Notes under the pieces: generated by a model
What the model saw: the letters and a program-made list of their open reading frames with translations, nothing else
Told to the model about the DNA's origin: nothing
The model's database searches: none
Source of the DNA: Mobula hypostoma
Taxonomy: Eukaryota
Assembly (NCBI RefSeq): GCF_963921235.1
Contig: NC_086097.1
Coordinates: 242,484,001 to 242,548,000, forward strand
Direction of reading: 5' to 3'
Length of the DNA stretch: 64,000 nucleotides
Shown here: positions 1 to 13,146 of the stretch, piece after piece
How positions within the stretch are numbered: position 1 is the first letter of the stretch
Layout of the letters: each line of letters starts with the position of its first letter
Position numbers and translations under genes: made by a program

Positions 1-1079
1 AGAAGGTACCGGCAAACTAGTTTCTAAAAGGGGCGGAGCTAAAGAGGATGACTTCTCCAGGCTCATCAGTGAAACAGTTAAATTCTTCTTATTTTAATGT
101 CTCGACATTCTTTCTCAGCATGGCTGGGGCCCTGTTGGGATCTTTGATCTAGAGTGGCACTCAAACTGCGGTTCTGCGTGACAGCATGTTCCCATTCTTA
201 GAGCTTGCTGATAGGCTGCGTTTTGATATGTCCAGGTTTGGCCTGAAGTCGGGGGTCTTCGGGGCCTTGTGCGGCCTCGGGGACACAAATTCTCACCGGT
301 GTCGTGAACTGAAGCCTAGCGGGAGCCGGAAGAGCGAGGATGGTGAGGGTGGCTGTCGGAGGGCTCTGCACTCAGGGTCGAGCTCTCTCTCACTCGAGGG
401 CGAGGGAGAGTTTGCTGCCGATTCTTGAATTGGGAAACTCAAAATAAAAAGCAATGCTTCAGACTGACCGTAACATCGAAATAGCGACTGTTGTCTCCCC
501 TCTCGCTGTGGAAGAAGCGATATCTGTCCTTCCCTTGTTACTGAGAGAGAGAGAGCCTGTGGGATGTCAAAAACGTTGGAGCGAACAGTTAGTTTTGATG
601 TACCATAGAGCATGGTCTCTCATGGTGCTTTCCTGTTGCTTGTATGGTGGGTGGTGGGAATGCTGATGCTTTATGCTGGAATAAGTGGAGAGAGTGGGAG
701 TGAGGGTTGATGCTGCTTGCTGTTGCTTGTGCATGGGAGGAGGATAGGGCACTTTGGGGTTCTGGCATTCATTCTTTGGGGGTTTTCCTCTGTTTCGTGG
801 ATGTCTGCGGACAGTAAGAACTTCAGGTTGTATACATTCTCTGATATTAAATGGAACCATTAAACTACTGACCCATTGAAGAAATAAATGTCAACATCTA
901 GAACAATGTGAAATACTTGACCTTACTGGCTTCTGTTTTCTATCAGCAGGTGGTCACTGTCTGACAACGTCTGCAAATCGAGTTAGAAACCTTTCCAGAG
1001 ACTTTACCACATTATCTGCCACCTCTCTCCAGCGACCCTACCTTCATCATGCATTTTCAAAGTTCGAAGTACATTTATT

Positions 1080-2750
1080 CCGGTGAACTTCTGGTTTAAG
1101 ATGGCGCTACCAAAAACGTGTGACAGCTTACTTATAACACTTTTTTTGAATTAACCATATAACCATATAACGATTACAGCACGGAAACAGGCCATCTTGG
1201 CCCTTCTAGTCCGTGCCGAATTCTTACTCTCACCTAGTCCCACCGACCTGCACTCAGCCCATAACCCTTCATTCCTTTCCTGTCCATATAGCTGTCCAAT
1301 TTAACTTTAAATGACAACATCGAACCTGCCTCAACCACTTCTGCTGGAAGCTCGTTCCACACAGCTACCACTCTCTGAGTAAAGAAGTTCCCCCTCATGT
1401 TACCCCTAAACTTTTGCTCTTTAACTCTCAACTCATGTCCTCTTGTTTGAATCTCCCCCACTCTCAATGGAAAAAGCCTATCCCTCTCATAATTTTAAAT
1501 ACCTCTATCAAGTCCCCCCTCAACCTTCTACGCGCCAAAGAATAAAGACCCAACTTGTTCAACCTTTCTCTGTAATTTAGGAGATGAAACCCAGGTAACA
1601 TTCTAGTAATTCTTCTCTGTACTCTCTCTATATTGTTGACATCTTTCCAATAATTCGGTGACCAGAACTGTACACAATACTCCAAGTTTGGCCTTACCAA
1701 TCCCTTGTACAATTAAAGGCCAGCATACCAAAAGCTTTCTTCACCACCCTATCCACATGAGATTCCACCTTCAGGGAACTATGCACCATTATTCCTAGAT
1801 CCCTTTGTTCTACAGCATTCTTCAATGCCCTACCATTTACATAAAATAAATTGTTGTAAGCTATCACTGCAAACAATGAAGCGGCGAGTGAGGGCAAAGT
1901 GAATTCACAAGATGTGCCCTGCTGGTGCGCTGCAAGATCGATGCATTTGGATCTGTGCTGGTCGGAGTGGAGCTAGCAGGACAGAGGAGTTCCGATCCCC
2001 ATCCAGCTGCCCTGGTTCTGAGGGTGGACTGTTCCCATCTCTGAGCCGGTCTGGAGAGGTTGAGAGCGGCTTCCTTGGCAGCAAATTGCTGGGTGGTACA
2101 TTTGAGGCCCGAAGTGATTCGTCGTGCCGAGGCCTGGGTCCGAATGCAAGGTAAAGAAATGCTGTTTCGACAATCTAAATGCCAGCCCAGATAGATTAGA
2201 AGGCAGGGTGTCAGGCAAGGTTAGATCATTCTGGGCATTGAGCCGATTTGGAGAGGTCAAGAATGGCTTCTCTGGCAGTAAGATCTAGGCCTGGAGCGAT
2301 TCGCCATGGTGGGACTTGAGCCCTAGAGCAAGCTTTGGACAATGTAAACAGAGGCTCAGATAGCATGGGGGCTCCTCTCTCCACGACGCTAAGGCTGTGA
2401 GACTGCCCTGGCTGCTGTGCTTTGTGTCTGCGAACTTTATGGTGATTTGCCCCACTAATATGATGAAGTGAATGCCAAGGCTTTGGGCCTACTCTGGGCC
2501 GTTCCGGGGATTTGGATCTAAGGACTCGATTTGGTTCGGAACGTTGTTGTTGCTGGCTTCTGTTGTCTTTATGATTTGTTTTGTTTTTTTTTCTCTTTCT
2601 CTGTGGGCACTGGGGGGTGGTTGGTCTTATTTTGTTCAATTGCCTTCTTTCAGGTTTCTTGCTTTGCAACTGCCTGTAAGCAAACAAACCTCAAGGTTGT
2701 ATAATTTATATGGTCGTTGATAATAATTGCACTTTGAATCTTTGAATCTT
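1080..2750 (+). mobile_element. Non-autonomous LINE-tailed element, interrupted by a CR1
   Basis: Starts with a YY1-like AAGATGGCG (~1098) and ends TTGATAATAATTGCACTTTGAATCTTTGAATC. It splits an older repeat (TTCAAAGTTCGAAGTACATTTA / TTATCAAAGTAAGTATA). Confidence 0.55.
1152..1840 (-). mobile_element. CR1 LINE 3' fragment, (ATATGGTT)n tail family
   Basis: ORFs 1234-1467, 1464-1712 and 1694-1897 carry CR1 RT C-terminal motifs ([36 protein letters not shown]). Tail AACCATAT x2 at ~1152. Confidence 0.9.
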
Positions 2751-2774
2751 ATCAAAGTAAGTATACCATATGCA

Positions 2775-4121
2775 TAGGGTTGCCAACTGTCCCATATTAG
2801 CTGGGACATCCCGTATATTGGGCTAAATTGGTTTGTCCCATACGGGACTACCTTTGTCCCGTATTTCCCCCGCTAAGGTAGAGCGTTCCTATGAAACCAT
2901 TCGTAAGCCGAAATGGCGTAAAGCAAAGAAGCAATTATCATTAATTTATATTGGAAAAAGTTTTGAGCGTTCCCAGACCTAAAAAATAACCTACCAAATC
3001 ATACCAAATAACACATAAAAACTGAAATAACACTAACATATAGTAAAAGCAGGAATGATATGATAAAAACACAGCCTTTATAAAGTAGAAATAATGTATG
3101 TACAGTGTAGTTTCACAAAAGAATCGGGAAGATTAAACCATGCGCTGGTCGTGCATGCAGCCTGGTACAGCCGTTCCGATCTATTCTTACCTTCTGCTTT
3201 TTACTTTTTAATTTACATTATTTTTTGTATTTTTTTCTCACGGTAACACATCGAAGCTGCACCCTCTCTAACATGCTGGTAGAGAGAGTTTTATTTGGGT
3301 TTTCTTTAGCGCTGGAAATGGTTACATCCCGACAGGCGGGACAGAAGCAAGGTCGCATTGTGTATTCCACGGACCAGCAAATACCGGCCAGATTAGCGAA
3401 CAGAGCGGCAGACACCCCTGCTGAAATCTGGAGGAAAACACACAGAGGATGCAGAGGGGGATCACAAAGCCGAGGATAGAGGACCAGTTCAAGACAACAG
3501 AGACTTATGGAGAAGAGGAGTTCTGTGGGTTCCGGCTGACCGGAAGTGCACTGAGAGTGGTAAACGTAAAGGAGTTCGGTGCTTACTGATCTGGTTAACA
3601 ACGGATGGTGCAATCCGGGGTATATTACGATCGAGGAATGTGTTTGCAGACTGGATATTGAACTTTTTACTGTTGGACTTCGGCCACATTCCACATGATA
3701 CAACACTTGGCGGCACGGGAGGTCGTTCCTGCCTGTGGCCATCGAACGTGCAGCTCCTACCGTGGAGGGTCAGACACTCTGAGCCAATAGACTGGTCCTG
3801 GACTTATTTTCCATCTGGCATAGTTTGCATTTTGTTGTTTGATTGTTGGGTTTTTTTTGTATTGCTATATTTACACTCTATTCTTGGTTGATGCGGCTGT
3901 AACGAAACCAAATTTCCCTCGGGATTAATAAAGTATATCTATCTATCTAACTAAAACCGATTTGTAGAAAAAAAAAATCAGCACGTACGTCATGCATGCG
4001 CACACAGGTGTCTGCGCAAGGCTTCATGGTCATGGTCGTCTTTCTCGGGGTAAACACAAATGTCCTTTATTTAACTGCTACTTTTGTCCCTTATTTGGGA
4101 GTGAGAAAGTTGGCAACCCTA
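2775..4121. mobile_element. Non-autonomous hAT DNA transposon (Blackjack-like ends)
   Basis: 14-bp TIR TAGGGTTGCCAACT / AGTTGGCAACCCTA, perfect 8-bp TSD CATATGCA (2767-2774 and 4122-4129), subterminal GTCCC/GGGAC motifs. Confidence 0.9.
3140..3950 (+). mobile_element. Internally deleted Rex1/Babar-type LINE derivative inside the hAT
   Basis: The 5' part encodes GRIVYSTDQ...PAEIWRKTHRGCRGG. The 3' part from ~3727 matches the 3' end of the LINE at 13147-13927 (CCTGTGGCCATC...GGAGGGTCAGACAC...GGTCCTGGACTTATTT). Ends AATAAAGTA(TATC)n. Confidence 0.7.
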
Positions 4122-4672
4122 CATATGCAGCCTTGACATTCGTCTCCTCACAGGCAGCCACATAACAAAGAAACCCAAAAGAACACACTAAAGAAGACTG
4201 TCAAACACCTAATGGGCAAAGGAGAGGACAAACTATGCGAGCAATAAAAAGTAAGCAAATAACATTCAGAACTAAAGTTCACAAAAGTGAGCTCACAGTC
4301 ACAAAGCCAATCACAGCCAATCCGGGAGTCTGTTAATTGCAGGCCACAACCTCAGTTTGGCGCAGGGATAAGTAAGCATCGCTGAGCACTGGCTGTCCCT
4401 CGCCTCCGGCCCCAACATTTAAATCAGCCACACATTGGCTTGTTTCTCACTTTCGGACCTGGGTCCTGCCATTTCAAATCACTCTTGGGCCTGGGCCCTG
4501 CTGCCTTAGTTGGGCCTGTACCCAAATTTTCTATTCTGGTCCAGTGCTTAAATCTGTCAAACATCAGCTTGTTTCTTGCTCTCATGTGTTTTATCATCTA
4601 ATAACAATAAGATTATATTTTTATCTGATCATTTTAGTTTTGGTATCCAATGGACCATTAACGAAGCCTTTT

Positions 4673-6291
4673 AAGACCATAAGACCATAAGACAAAGGAG
4701 CAGAAGTCGGCCATTCGGCCCATCGAGTCTGCTCCGCCATTTTATCATGAGCTGATCCATTCTCCTATTTAGTTCCACTCCCCCCACTTCTCACCATAAC
4801 CGTTCATGCCCTGGCTACTCAGATACCTATCAATCTCTGCCTTAAATACACCCAATGACTTGGCCTCCACTGCTGCCTGTGGCAACAAATTCCATAGATT
4901 CACCACCCTCTGACTAAAAAAATTTCTTCGCATTTCTGTTCTGAAAGGGCGCCCTTCAATCCTGAAGTCATGCCCTCACGTACTAGACTCCCCCATCATG
5001 GGAAACAATTTTGCCACATCCACTCTGTCCATGCCTTTCAACATTCGAAATGTTTCTATGAGGTCTCCCCTCATTCTTCTAAACTCCAAGGAATACAGTC
5101 CAAGAACGGACAAACGTTCCTCATATGTTAACCCTCTCATTCCTGGAATCATTCTAGTGAATCTTCTCTGTACCCTCTCCAACGTCAGCACATCCTTTCT
5201 TAAATAAGGAGACCAAAACTGCCCACAGTACTCCAAGTGAGGTCTCACCAGCGCGTTATAGAGCCTCAACATCACATCCCTGCTCCTATACTCTATTCCT
5301 CTAGAAATGAATGCCAACATTGCATTCGCCTTCTTCACTACTGACTCAACCTGGAGGTTAACTTTAAGGGAATCCTGCACGAGGACTCCCAAGTCCAGTT
5401 GCATCTCAGAACTTTGAATTCTTTCCAAATAAATAATAGTCTGCCCGTTTATTTTTTCTGCCAAAGTGCATAACCATACACTTTCCAACATTGTACTTCA
5501 TTTGCCACTTCTCTGCCCATTCTTCCAATCTATCCAAGTCTCTCTGCAGACTCTCCGTTTCCTCAGCACTACCGGCCCCTCCACCTATCTTCATATCGTC
5601 AGCAAACTTAGCCACAAAGCCATCCATTCCATAATCTAAATCGTTGATGTACAATGTAAAAAGAAGCGGCCCCAACACAGACCCCTGTGGAACACCACTG
5701 GTGACCGGCAGCCAACCAGAATAGGTTCCCTTTATTCCCACTCTCCGTTTCCTGCCAATCAGCCAACGCTCCATCCACGTATGTAACTTTCCCGTAATTC
5801 CATGGGCTCTTATCTTGTTAAGTAGCCTCATGTGTGGCACCTTGTCAAAGGCCTTCTGAAAATCCAAATATACAACATCCACTGCATCTCCCTTGTCTAG
5901 CCTACTGGTAATTTCCTCAAAAAATTGTAATAGGTTTGTCAGGCAGGATTTCTCTTTAAGGAATCCATGCTGAGTTCTGCCTATCTTGTCATATGCCTCC
6001 AGGTACTTTGTAACCTCATCCTTGACAATCGACTCCAACAACTTCCCAACCACGGATGTCAAGCTAACAGGTCTATAATTTCCTTTTTGCTTCCTTGCCC
6101 CCTTCTTAAATAGCGGAGTGACATTTGCAATCTTCCAGTCTTCCGGAACCATGCCAGAATCTATCGACTTTTGAAAGATCATCGCTAATGCCTCTGCAAT
6201 CTCCACAGCTACTTCCTTCAGAACACGAGCTACTTCCTTCAAAACACGACCTATTTCCTTCAGAACACGAGCTACTTCCTTCAGAACACGA
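4673..6291 (-). mobile_element. 5'-truncated CR1 LINE, (TGGTCTTA)n tail family
   Basis: ORF 5406-6320 has [30 protein letters not shown] and FADD; the frameshifted continuation is ORF 4976-5491. Tail TAAGACCA repeats at ~4673. Confidence 0.95.
6208..6291. repeat. 21-bp tandem repeat x4 at the CR1 5' truncation point
   Basis: GCTACTTCCTTCAGAACACGA-like units at 6208, 6229, 6250 and 6271 (RVLKEVA repeats in the ORF). Confidence 0.95.
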
Positions 6292-6732
6292 AGTTTTACT
6301 GTAAGTTTAGACACTTTCAAGTGAACTCATCTCTGCAGCTCTCTGGGGAAGGTTTCGCATTTCTACGGACTTTTATGCAGAGGGTTTCCTGACTTCACTC
6401 TGAACCGCCTGGCTCTACACTTTAGAAGTTTGTTCTGGAGTCTCCTACTTGCTTAAATAGTTTATGGCTACATGCCATGTCAAATCATCCTGTACACTTC
6501 ATTAGGTCATATTTAATCTCCTACCTTCAGGAGGCAGAATATATGTTCAGAATTGCCTTCAGAGAGTCAAAGGGTTTCCTGCTGTACTCTGGAGCTGTCG
6601 GCAAACTTCAAAGTAAATTTATTATCAATGTATGTATTGTATGCATCACCATTTTCTACCTTGAGATTCATTCTCCTGCAGTCGTAGACAGGAAAATAAA
6701 GAAATGCAAGATAATTTAAGAAAAAATGAATT

Positions 6733-7384
6733 TGGTGGCCACTTTGTTGTGAACCTCCTATAGCTAATAAAGTGGCCACTAAGTACATGTAACTGTAATT
6801 TATCCACTTCAGAGTTAGAGTCATTGAAAAGTACAGCACAGAAGCAGATCCTTCAGCCCATCTAGTCCATGCTAAACCATTTAAGCTGCCTACACCCATC
6901 AACCTGCACTGGGACCATAGCCCTCCATACTTCTACCATCCTACATATTGTGCATTCAGAGATGCTCTTCTGCACTATTCTAATGCATGGTTATTTGAGT
7001 TGTAGTTGCCTTCTGTCAGCTTGAACCAGTCTGGCTGTTATCCTCTGACCTCTCTCATTTACAAGGTACTTTTACCCCTCAGAACTGGCACTCACTGGAT
7101 TTTTTTTGTTTTTCTCTGTAAACTCTAGAGACCATTGTGTAAGAAAATCCCAGGAGATCAGCACTTTCTGGCATACTCAAACCACCCCGTCTGGCACCAA
7201 CAATCATTCCTTGGTCAAAGTCACTTAGATCACATTTCTTCCTCATTCTGATGTTTAGTCTGAACAACTGAACCTCTTGACCATGTCTGCGTGCTTTTAT
7301 GCATTGAGTTGCTGCCACACAATTGGCTGATTAGATATTTGCTTTAACGTACAGGTGTACCTAATAAAGTGGCCACTGAGTGTA
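6733..7384 (-). mobile_element. Tc1/mariner non-autonomous element with transposase HTH remnant
   Basis: TIR TACCTAATAAAGTGGCCACTGAGTG+TA at 7358-7384. ORF 7079-7318 reads MRKKCDLSDFDQGMIVGARRGGLSMPESADLLGFSYTMVSRVYRE, a Tc1 N-terminal HTH. A CR1 tail is inserted at ~6816-6942. Confidence 0.85.
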
Positions 7385-7505
7385 ACTTGCTGAGAGGTTT
7401 TGTGCTAAATAAGATCGCAAAGGGAGTGGTGGGAGAAGGAATACTGCTGTGACGTGTTTCCTTATGAAAACCAAAGTTTTGGATTATTTGAATCCAGCAA
7501 TGCAT

Positions 7506-10500
7506 CATAAGACCATGATACTGGAACAGAGTTAGGCCATTTGGCCCATCGAGTCTGCTCTACCATTTCATCATGGCTGATACATTTTTTTCTCTCAGCC
7601 CCAATTTTCTGCTTACCCTTACCCCCACCCCTCGTATCCCTTAGGGCCCTGACAGATCAAGAATCAATCAACTTCTGCCTTAAATACACATAAAGATTTG
7701 GCCTCCACAGCTGCCTGCAGCAATGAATTCCACAGATTCACCACTCTCTGGTTAAAGAAACTTCTCCTCATCTCTGTCCTTAAGGGACACCACTCTATTC
7801 TGAGGTTGTACCCTCTGGTTTAGACTCGCCCACCATTGGAAAGATCCTCTCTACGTCCACTCTATCAAGCCATTTCACCATCCAATAGGTTCCAATGGGT
7901 TCATCCCTCATTGTTCTAAATTCCAGTGAATACAGGCCCAGAAACATCAAACACTCTTCATATGACAAGCCTTTTAATCCTGGAACCATCTCCAGTTTTA
8001 GCCTATTCTTTCTCAAATAAGGGGCCCAAAACTGCTCACAATACTCTCGGAAAATCCTGCATAAGAACTCCCAAGTCCCTTTACGCCTCAGTTTTTTTTT
8101 TGTTTTCTCTCCATTGAGAAAATAATCAACCCTTTCACTTCTTCTATCAAAGTGGATGACCACACACTTCCCGACATTGTATTCCAACAGCCACTTTGCC
8201 CAGTCTCCTAATCTGTCTAGGTCCTTCTGTACCCTCTCTACTTCTTCGAAACTTCCTGCCCTTCCATCTATCTTCATATCATCTGCAGACTTTGCAACAA
8301 AACTATCAGTTCCATCATCCAAATCATTGACATATGACGTCAAAAGAATCGGTCCCAACATAGACCCCTGTGGAACACCACAAGTCATCGGCAGCCAGCC
8401 AGAAAAGGCTTCCTTTATTCCCACTCCTTGCCTCCTGCCAATCAGCCACTGCTTTATCTATGCTAGAATCTTTTCTGTAATTCCATGAGCTTGTATCTTG
8501 TTAAGCAGCTTGTGGTACCTCGTCAAAGGCCTTCCAAAAGTCCAGGTACATAACATCAACCGATTCGTCAGACAAGATTGTCCTTTGAGGAAACTATGCT
8601 GACCATGACCTGCTTTGCTGGACACAACTCTCCACCAACAGCACACACAGCTTACGGCAAGGTCTGCACACCATCACAGACTTCAAAGCTAAACGCAGTG
8701 GTGCTGCCAACATGGCTGCCTCTCTCCCAGATGAGCTAAAGCATTTTTACGCTTGGTTCGATATTTTCAACACTGAGCTCCCAAGGAGAGCCGCTGAAGT
8801 AACCAGCACCTTGCTCATCTCTGAGGCTGAAGTAGGCAGGTGTTTCCAATGAGTGGGTGCAGGACCGGACGGTGTCCCAGGGTGTGTACTCAGTGTGCGC
8901 GGCACAACTGGCAGGTGTGTTTGCAGATGTTCTTAATCTCTCTCTCTCTCCCAGTGCAGAGTGTCCTCCTGCTTCAAAACATCCATCATTATCCCTGCAT
9001 TACCAAGGTAACATGTCTGAACGACTGGTGTCCTGTCACACTCACCTCAATAGTAAACAAATGCTTTGAGAGGCTGGTCAAGGACTACATCTGCAGCTTT
9101 CTACCACACAGACTGGACCCCCTACAATTCGCCTACCAACACAACCGATCGACAGATGACGCAATAGCCACAGCTCTACGCACCGTCCTTACATATCTGG
9201 AGAAGAAGGATACTTATGTGAGAATGCTGTTCTTTGACAACAGTTCAGTATTCAACATCATACTTCCCTCCAGGCTTGACAAGAAGCTCAGAGACCTTGG
9301 CCTTGACCCTGCCTTGTGTAGCTGGATCCTGGACTTCCTGTCAGATTGCTGGTAGTCGGTAAGAGTGGGCTCTCTCACTTCCACCCCTCTGACTCACAAC
9401 ACAGGTGCCCTTCAGGTCTGTGTCCTAAGCCCCCTCCTTTACTTTCTGTATACTCATGACTGAATCGCCAACCACAGCTCCAATCTGCTAATTAAATTTG
9501 CTGATGATACCACATTGATTGGCCTAATCTCAAACAATAATGAGGTAGCCTACAGAGAAGAAGTCATCTCTCTAACACAGTGGTGTCAAGAAAACAACCT
9601 CTCCCTCAATGTCGCAAAAAACAAAGGAGCTGGTTGTGGACTACAGGAGGAATGGACACAGGCTAACCCCTATTGACATCAATGGATCTGGGGTTGAGAG
9701 GGTGAAAAGCTTTCGGTTCCTCGGCATACACATCACCAAGGATCTCACGTGGTCTGTACAAACCGGCTGTGTGGTGAAGAAGGCACAGCAGTGCCTCTTT
9801 CACCTCAGACGGTTGAAGAAGTTTGGTACAGGCCCCCAAATCCTAAGACCTTCCTACATGGGCACAATTGAGAGCACCCTGACTGGCTGCATCACTGCCT
9901 GGTATGGGAACTGTACTTCCCTCAATCGCAGGACTCTGCAGAGAGTGGTGCAGACAGCCCAGCACATCTGTAGATATGAACTTCCCACTATTCAGAATAT
10001 CTACAAAGACAAGTGTGTAAAAAGGGCCTGAAGAATCACTGGGGACCCAAGTCACCCCAGCTGTTATCACCCGGGGAACAGTACAGCAGGATAAAAGCCG
10101 GGACCAACAGGCTCCGGACAGCTTCTTCCACCAGGCCATCAGACTGATTAATTCACACTGATGCAATTGTAGCTCTATGCCATATTGACTGTCCTGTTGT
10201 ACGTACTATGTATTACAAATTAGTATAAATTATGCATTGCACATTTAGACGGAGACGTAACATAAAGATTTTTACTCCTTATGTATGTGAAGCATGTAAG
10301 AAATAAAGTCAATTCAATTTTATCATGTGCCTCCAAGTATCCCAAAACCACATCCTTAACTATGGAATCCAGCATCTTCCCAACCACCAAGGTCAGGCTA
10401 ACTGGCCTATAATTTCCTTTCTTCTGCCTCACTCCCTTCTTAAAGAGTGGAATGACATTTGCAATTTTCCAGTCTTCCAGAGCTATTACAGAATATAGTG

Positions 10501-11880
10501 ATTCTTGAAGGATCCTTGCTAATGGCTCGACAAACTCCTCGGCCATCTCTTTCTGAACCCTGGGGTGTACATCATCTGGTCCAGGTGATTTATCTACCTT
10601 CAAACTTTTCAGTTTCCCAAGAGCCTTTCCTCTAGTAATAGTAACTTCAAACACTTCATGCTCCCTGACACCTGGAGCTTCCACCATACTGCTGGTGTCT
10701 TCCACAGTGAAGACTGATGCAGAATTCTTATTCAGTTCATCTTCCGTTTCGTTGGCTCCCACTACTACCACTCCAATATTGTTTTACAGTGGTCCAATAT
10801 CTACTTTTGCCTCTCTTTTACACTTTATGTATCTGAAGAAACATTTGGTATCCTCTTTAATATTATTGGCTAGGTGACTTTCATATTCCATCTTTACTTT
10901 CTTAATAACTTTTTATTTGCCATCTGTTGGTATTGAAAAGCATCCGAATCCCCTAACTTCCCACTAATTTTTGCTCTATGTATGCCCTCTCTTTGTTTTT
11001 TATGTTGGCTTTGACTTCCCTTGTTAGTCATGGTTGTGTCACCTTCCCTCTAGAATACTTCTTCCCTTTTGGGATGTATATATCCTGTGCTTTCCAAATT
11101 GCTTCCAGAAATTCCAGCCATTTCTTCTCTGCCGTCATCCCTGCCAGTGTTCTTTTCCAGTCAATTCCGGCCAACTTCTCTCTCATGCCTCTGTAATTCC
11201 CTTTACTCCACTGTAATACTGTACATCTGACTTTAGCTTCTCCTTCTCAAATTTCAGGGTGAATTCGATCATATTATGATCACTTGCTCCGAAGGGTTCT
11301 TTTACCTTAAGCTCTCTAATCAATTCTGGTTTATGGCACATCACCTAATCCCGAATAGCTGATCCCCTGGTGGGCTCAACTGCAAGCTGCTCTAAAAGGC
11401 CATCTTGTAGGCATTCTAGAAATGCACCCTCTTGAAACCTTGCACCAACCTGATTTTCCCAATCTATCTGCAAATTGAAATCCCCAATGACTATTGTAGC
11501 ATTTCCCTTTTTACATCCATCTTTTATCTCACATTGTAACTTGTAGACACGCCCTTACCACTGTTTGGGGTTCCCATCAGGGTCCATAGTTCTATCCATG
11601 ATGATTCAACATCTTCCCACCCTATGTTACCTCTTTGTAATGATTTGATTTTATTTTACCAACAGAGCAATGCCACCCCCTCTGCCTTCCTGTCTGTCCT
11701 TTTGATACAATGTGTATCCTTGGGCATTAAGCTCCCAGCTATAATTTTCTTTCAGCCATGATTCAGTGATGTCTACAACATCATACATGACAATCTGTAA
11801 CTGTGCTGCAAGTTCATCTACCTTATTCCATATACTGCGCACATTGAAATATAACATCTTCAGTCCTGTATTCACCTTTT
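7506..11880 (-). mobile_element. Old CR1 LINE (APE + RT remnants) split by a Rex1-type insertion
   Basis: ORF fragments 11651-11875 (NVRSIWNK..ITESWL, APE), 10220-10771 (KSPGPD, NYRPVSLT) and 7795-8424 (GVPQGSMLGP). Continuity is broken at 8615-10318. Confidence 0.85.
8615..10318 (+). mobile_element. 5'-truncated Rex1/Babar-type LINE
   Basis: CLNDWCPVTLTS..KCFERLV, LDPLQFAY..RSTDDAI, KFADDT (~9494), KTKELVVDYRR, FLGIHIT. Tail AATAAAGT(CAATT)n. Confidence 0.85.
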
Positions 11881-12777
11881 TTGATTTGTCTGCCTTCTGT
11901 GAAGTGCACTCTACTGTACTACTGAAGCATTTTTATAGCTAATGAGCAGGTGTACAGTTGTACCTAATGAAATGGCCACTCAGTGTATAAATAAAGACTG
12001 CCCAACAACCAATGCGCAAAGGGAGACAAATTGTGCAAATAACAAAATATAAATAACTAAATAATCCTGAGAACATGAGTTCTTGAGTCCTTGACAGTCC
12101 ATAGATAGTGGAATCAGTTCAGAGCTGAGGTCAGGGAAGTTAACCAGGGCACATTTGTGTGAACTTGCCATGCATGAAGGGCACCTGACAAGCATGGGGC
12201 CAGTGTGTGTGAATGGGAAGCCTGTTGTGGCTACGGCTTTTCCCTGCTAATCCCTGCAATCGGCTCTTCTGAAGGTCAGTCAGTGACCGCTGGGGTCGGT
12301 TAGGGAAGTTTCACACTCAGCGACTGTCCTGTGGATCTCGCTGTCCTGCACCACGCCTCCAGGAAGCGACCCGTGGAGTGGAGCCCTGGTCTGGCCAGCA
12401 GCCCATGTCATAGATAGAACACTATAGCAGAGAAACAGGCCCTTTGGCCCATCTAGTCTGTGCCAAACTGTTATTTTGCTTGGTCCCATCGACCCACACT
12501 TGGACCATAGTCCTCCATAACCCTCCCACCAATGTACTTCTGTAGAAAGTCTACATTACCATTTCTTTTTCCTGGAGGTATTTACAGGAAAAAGAAACAG
12601 AATAGAATTTCATGTACTATACATAAGCAGACAAGGACCAAGAAACAACCAATGAAGACAAACTGTGCAACTAATCATAATACTGAGAACATGAGCTGTA
12701 GGGTCTGTGAGAGTGAGTCTGTAGGTCATTGAATTAGTTTAAAGTTGAGATTAGTGAACTCATCCTTGCCAGTTGAC

Positions 12778-12856
12778 AAGGGTTCCCAGTTTGGGGTTCA
12801 TAGACCCCTCAGTTAATGATAGAGGTCCATAGCATAAAAAATGTTGGGAACCCCCA
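12778..12856. mobile_element. Tiny hAT MITE (degenerate), same family as 44234-44315
   Basis: GGGTTCCCAG...ATAGACCCC...GGTCCATAGCATAAAAAATGTTGGGAACCCC, in the opposite orientation to 44234-44315. Confidence 0.6.
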
Positions 12857-13146
12857 CTGGTTGAGGAGCCTGATGGTTGTAGAGTAATAATATATATACT
12901 TTATGTGTGACTGTATGTTTACTGCTATCATGTATGTGCTCTATGTGCTTTGTGCTGTGTGTGACGTTTGGTACTGTGTTTTGTACCTTGATCCCAGAGA
13001 AAAACTGCTTCATTTGGCTGTATTCACAGGTATCCATGTATAATAAACCTGAACTTGAACTAACTCTTCCTGAGCCTGGCCACGTGAGACCCAAGACCCA
13101 AGCATCATGTACCTCCTTCCTGATGGCTGCACTTTGTCACGTGTTG

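Noticed and set aside
12200..12405. GC-rich stretch as a possible host exon
   Set aside because: No recognisable protein in the frames I translated and no convincing splice pair. Left unassigned.
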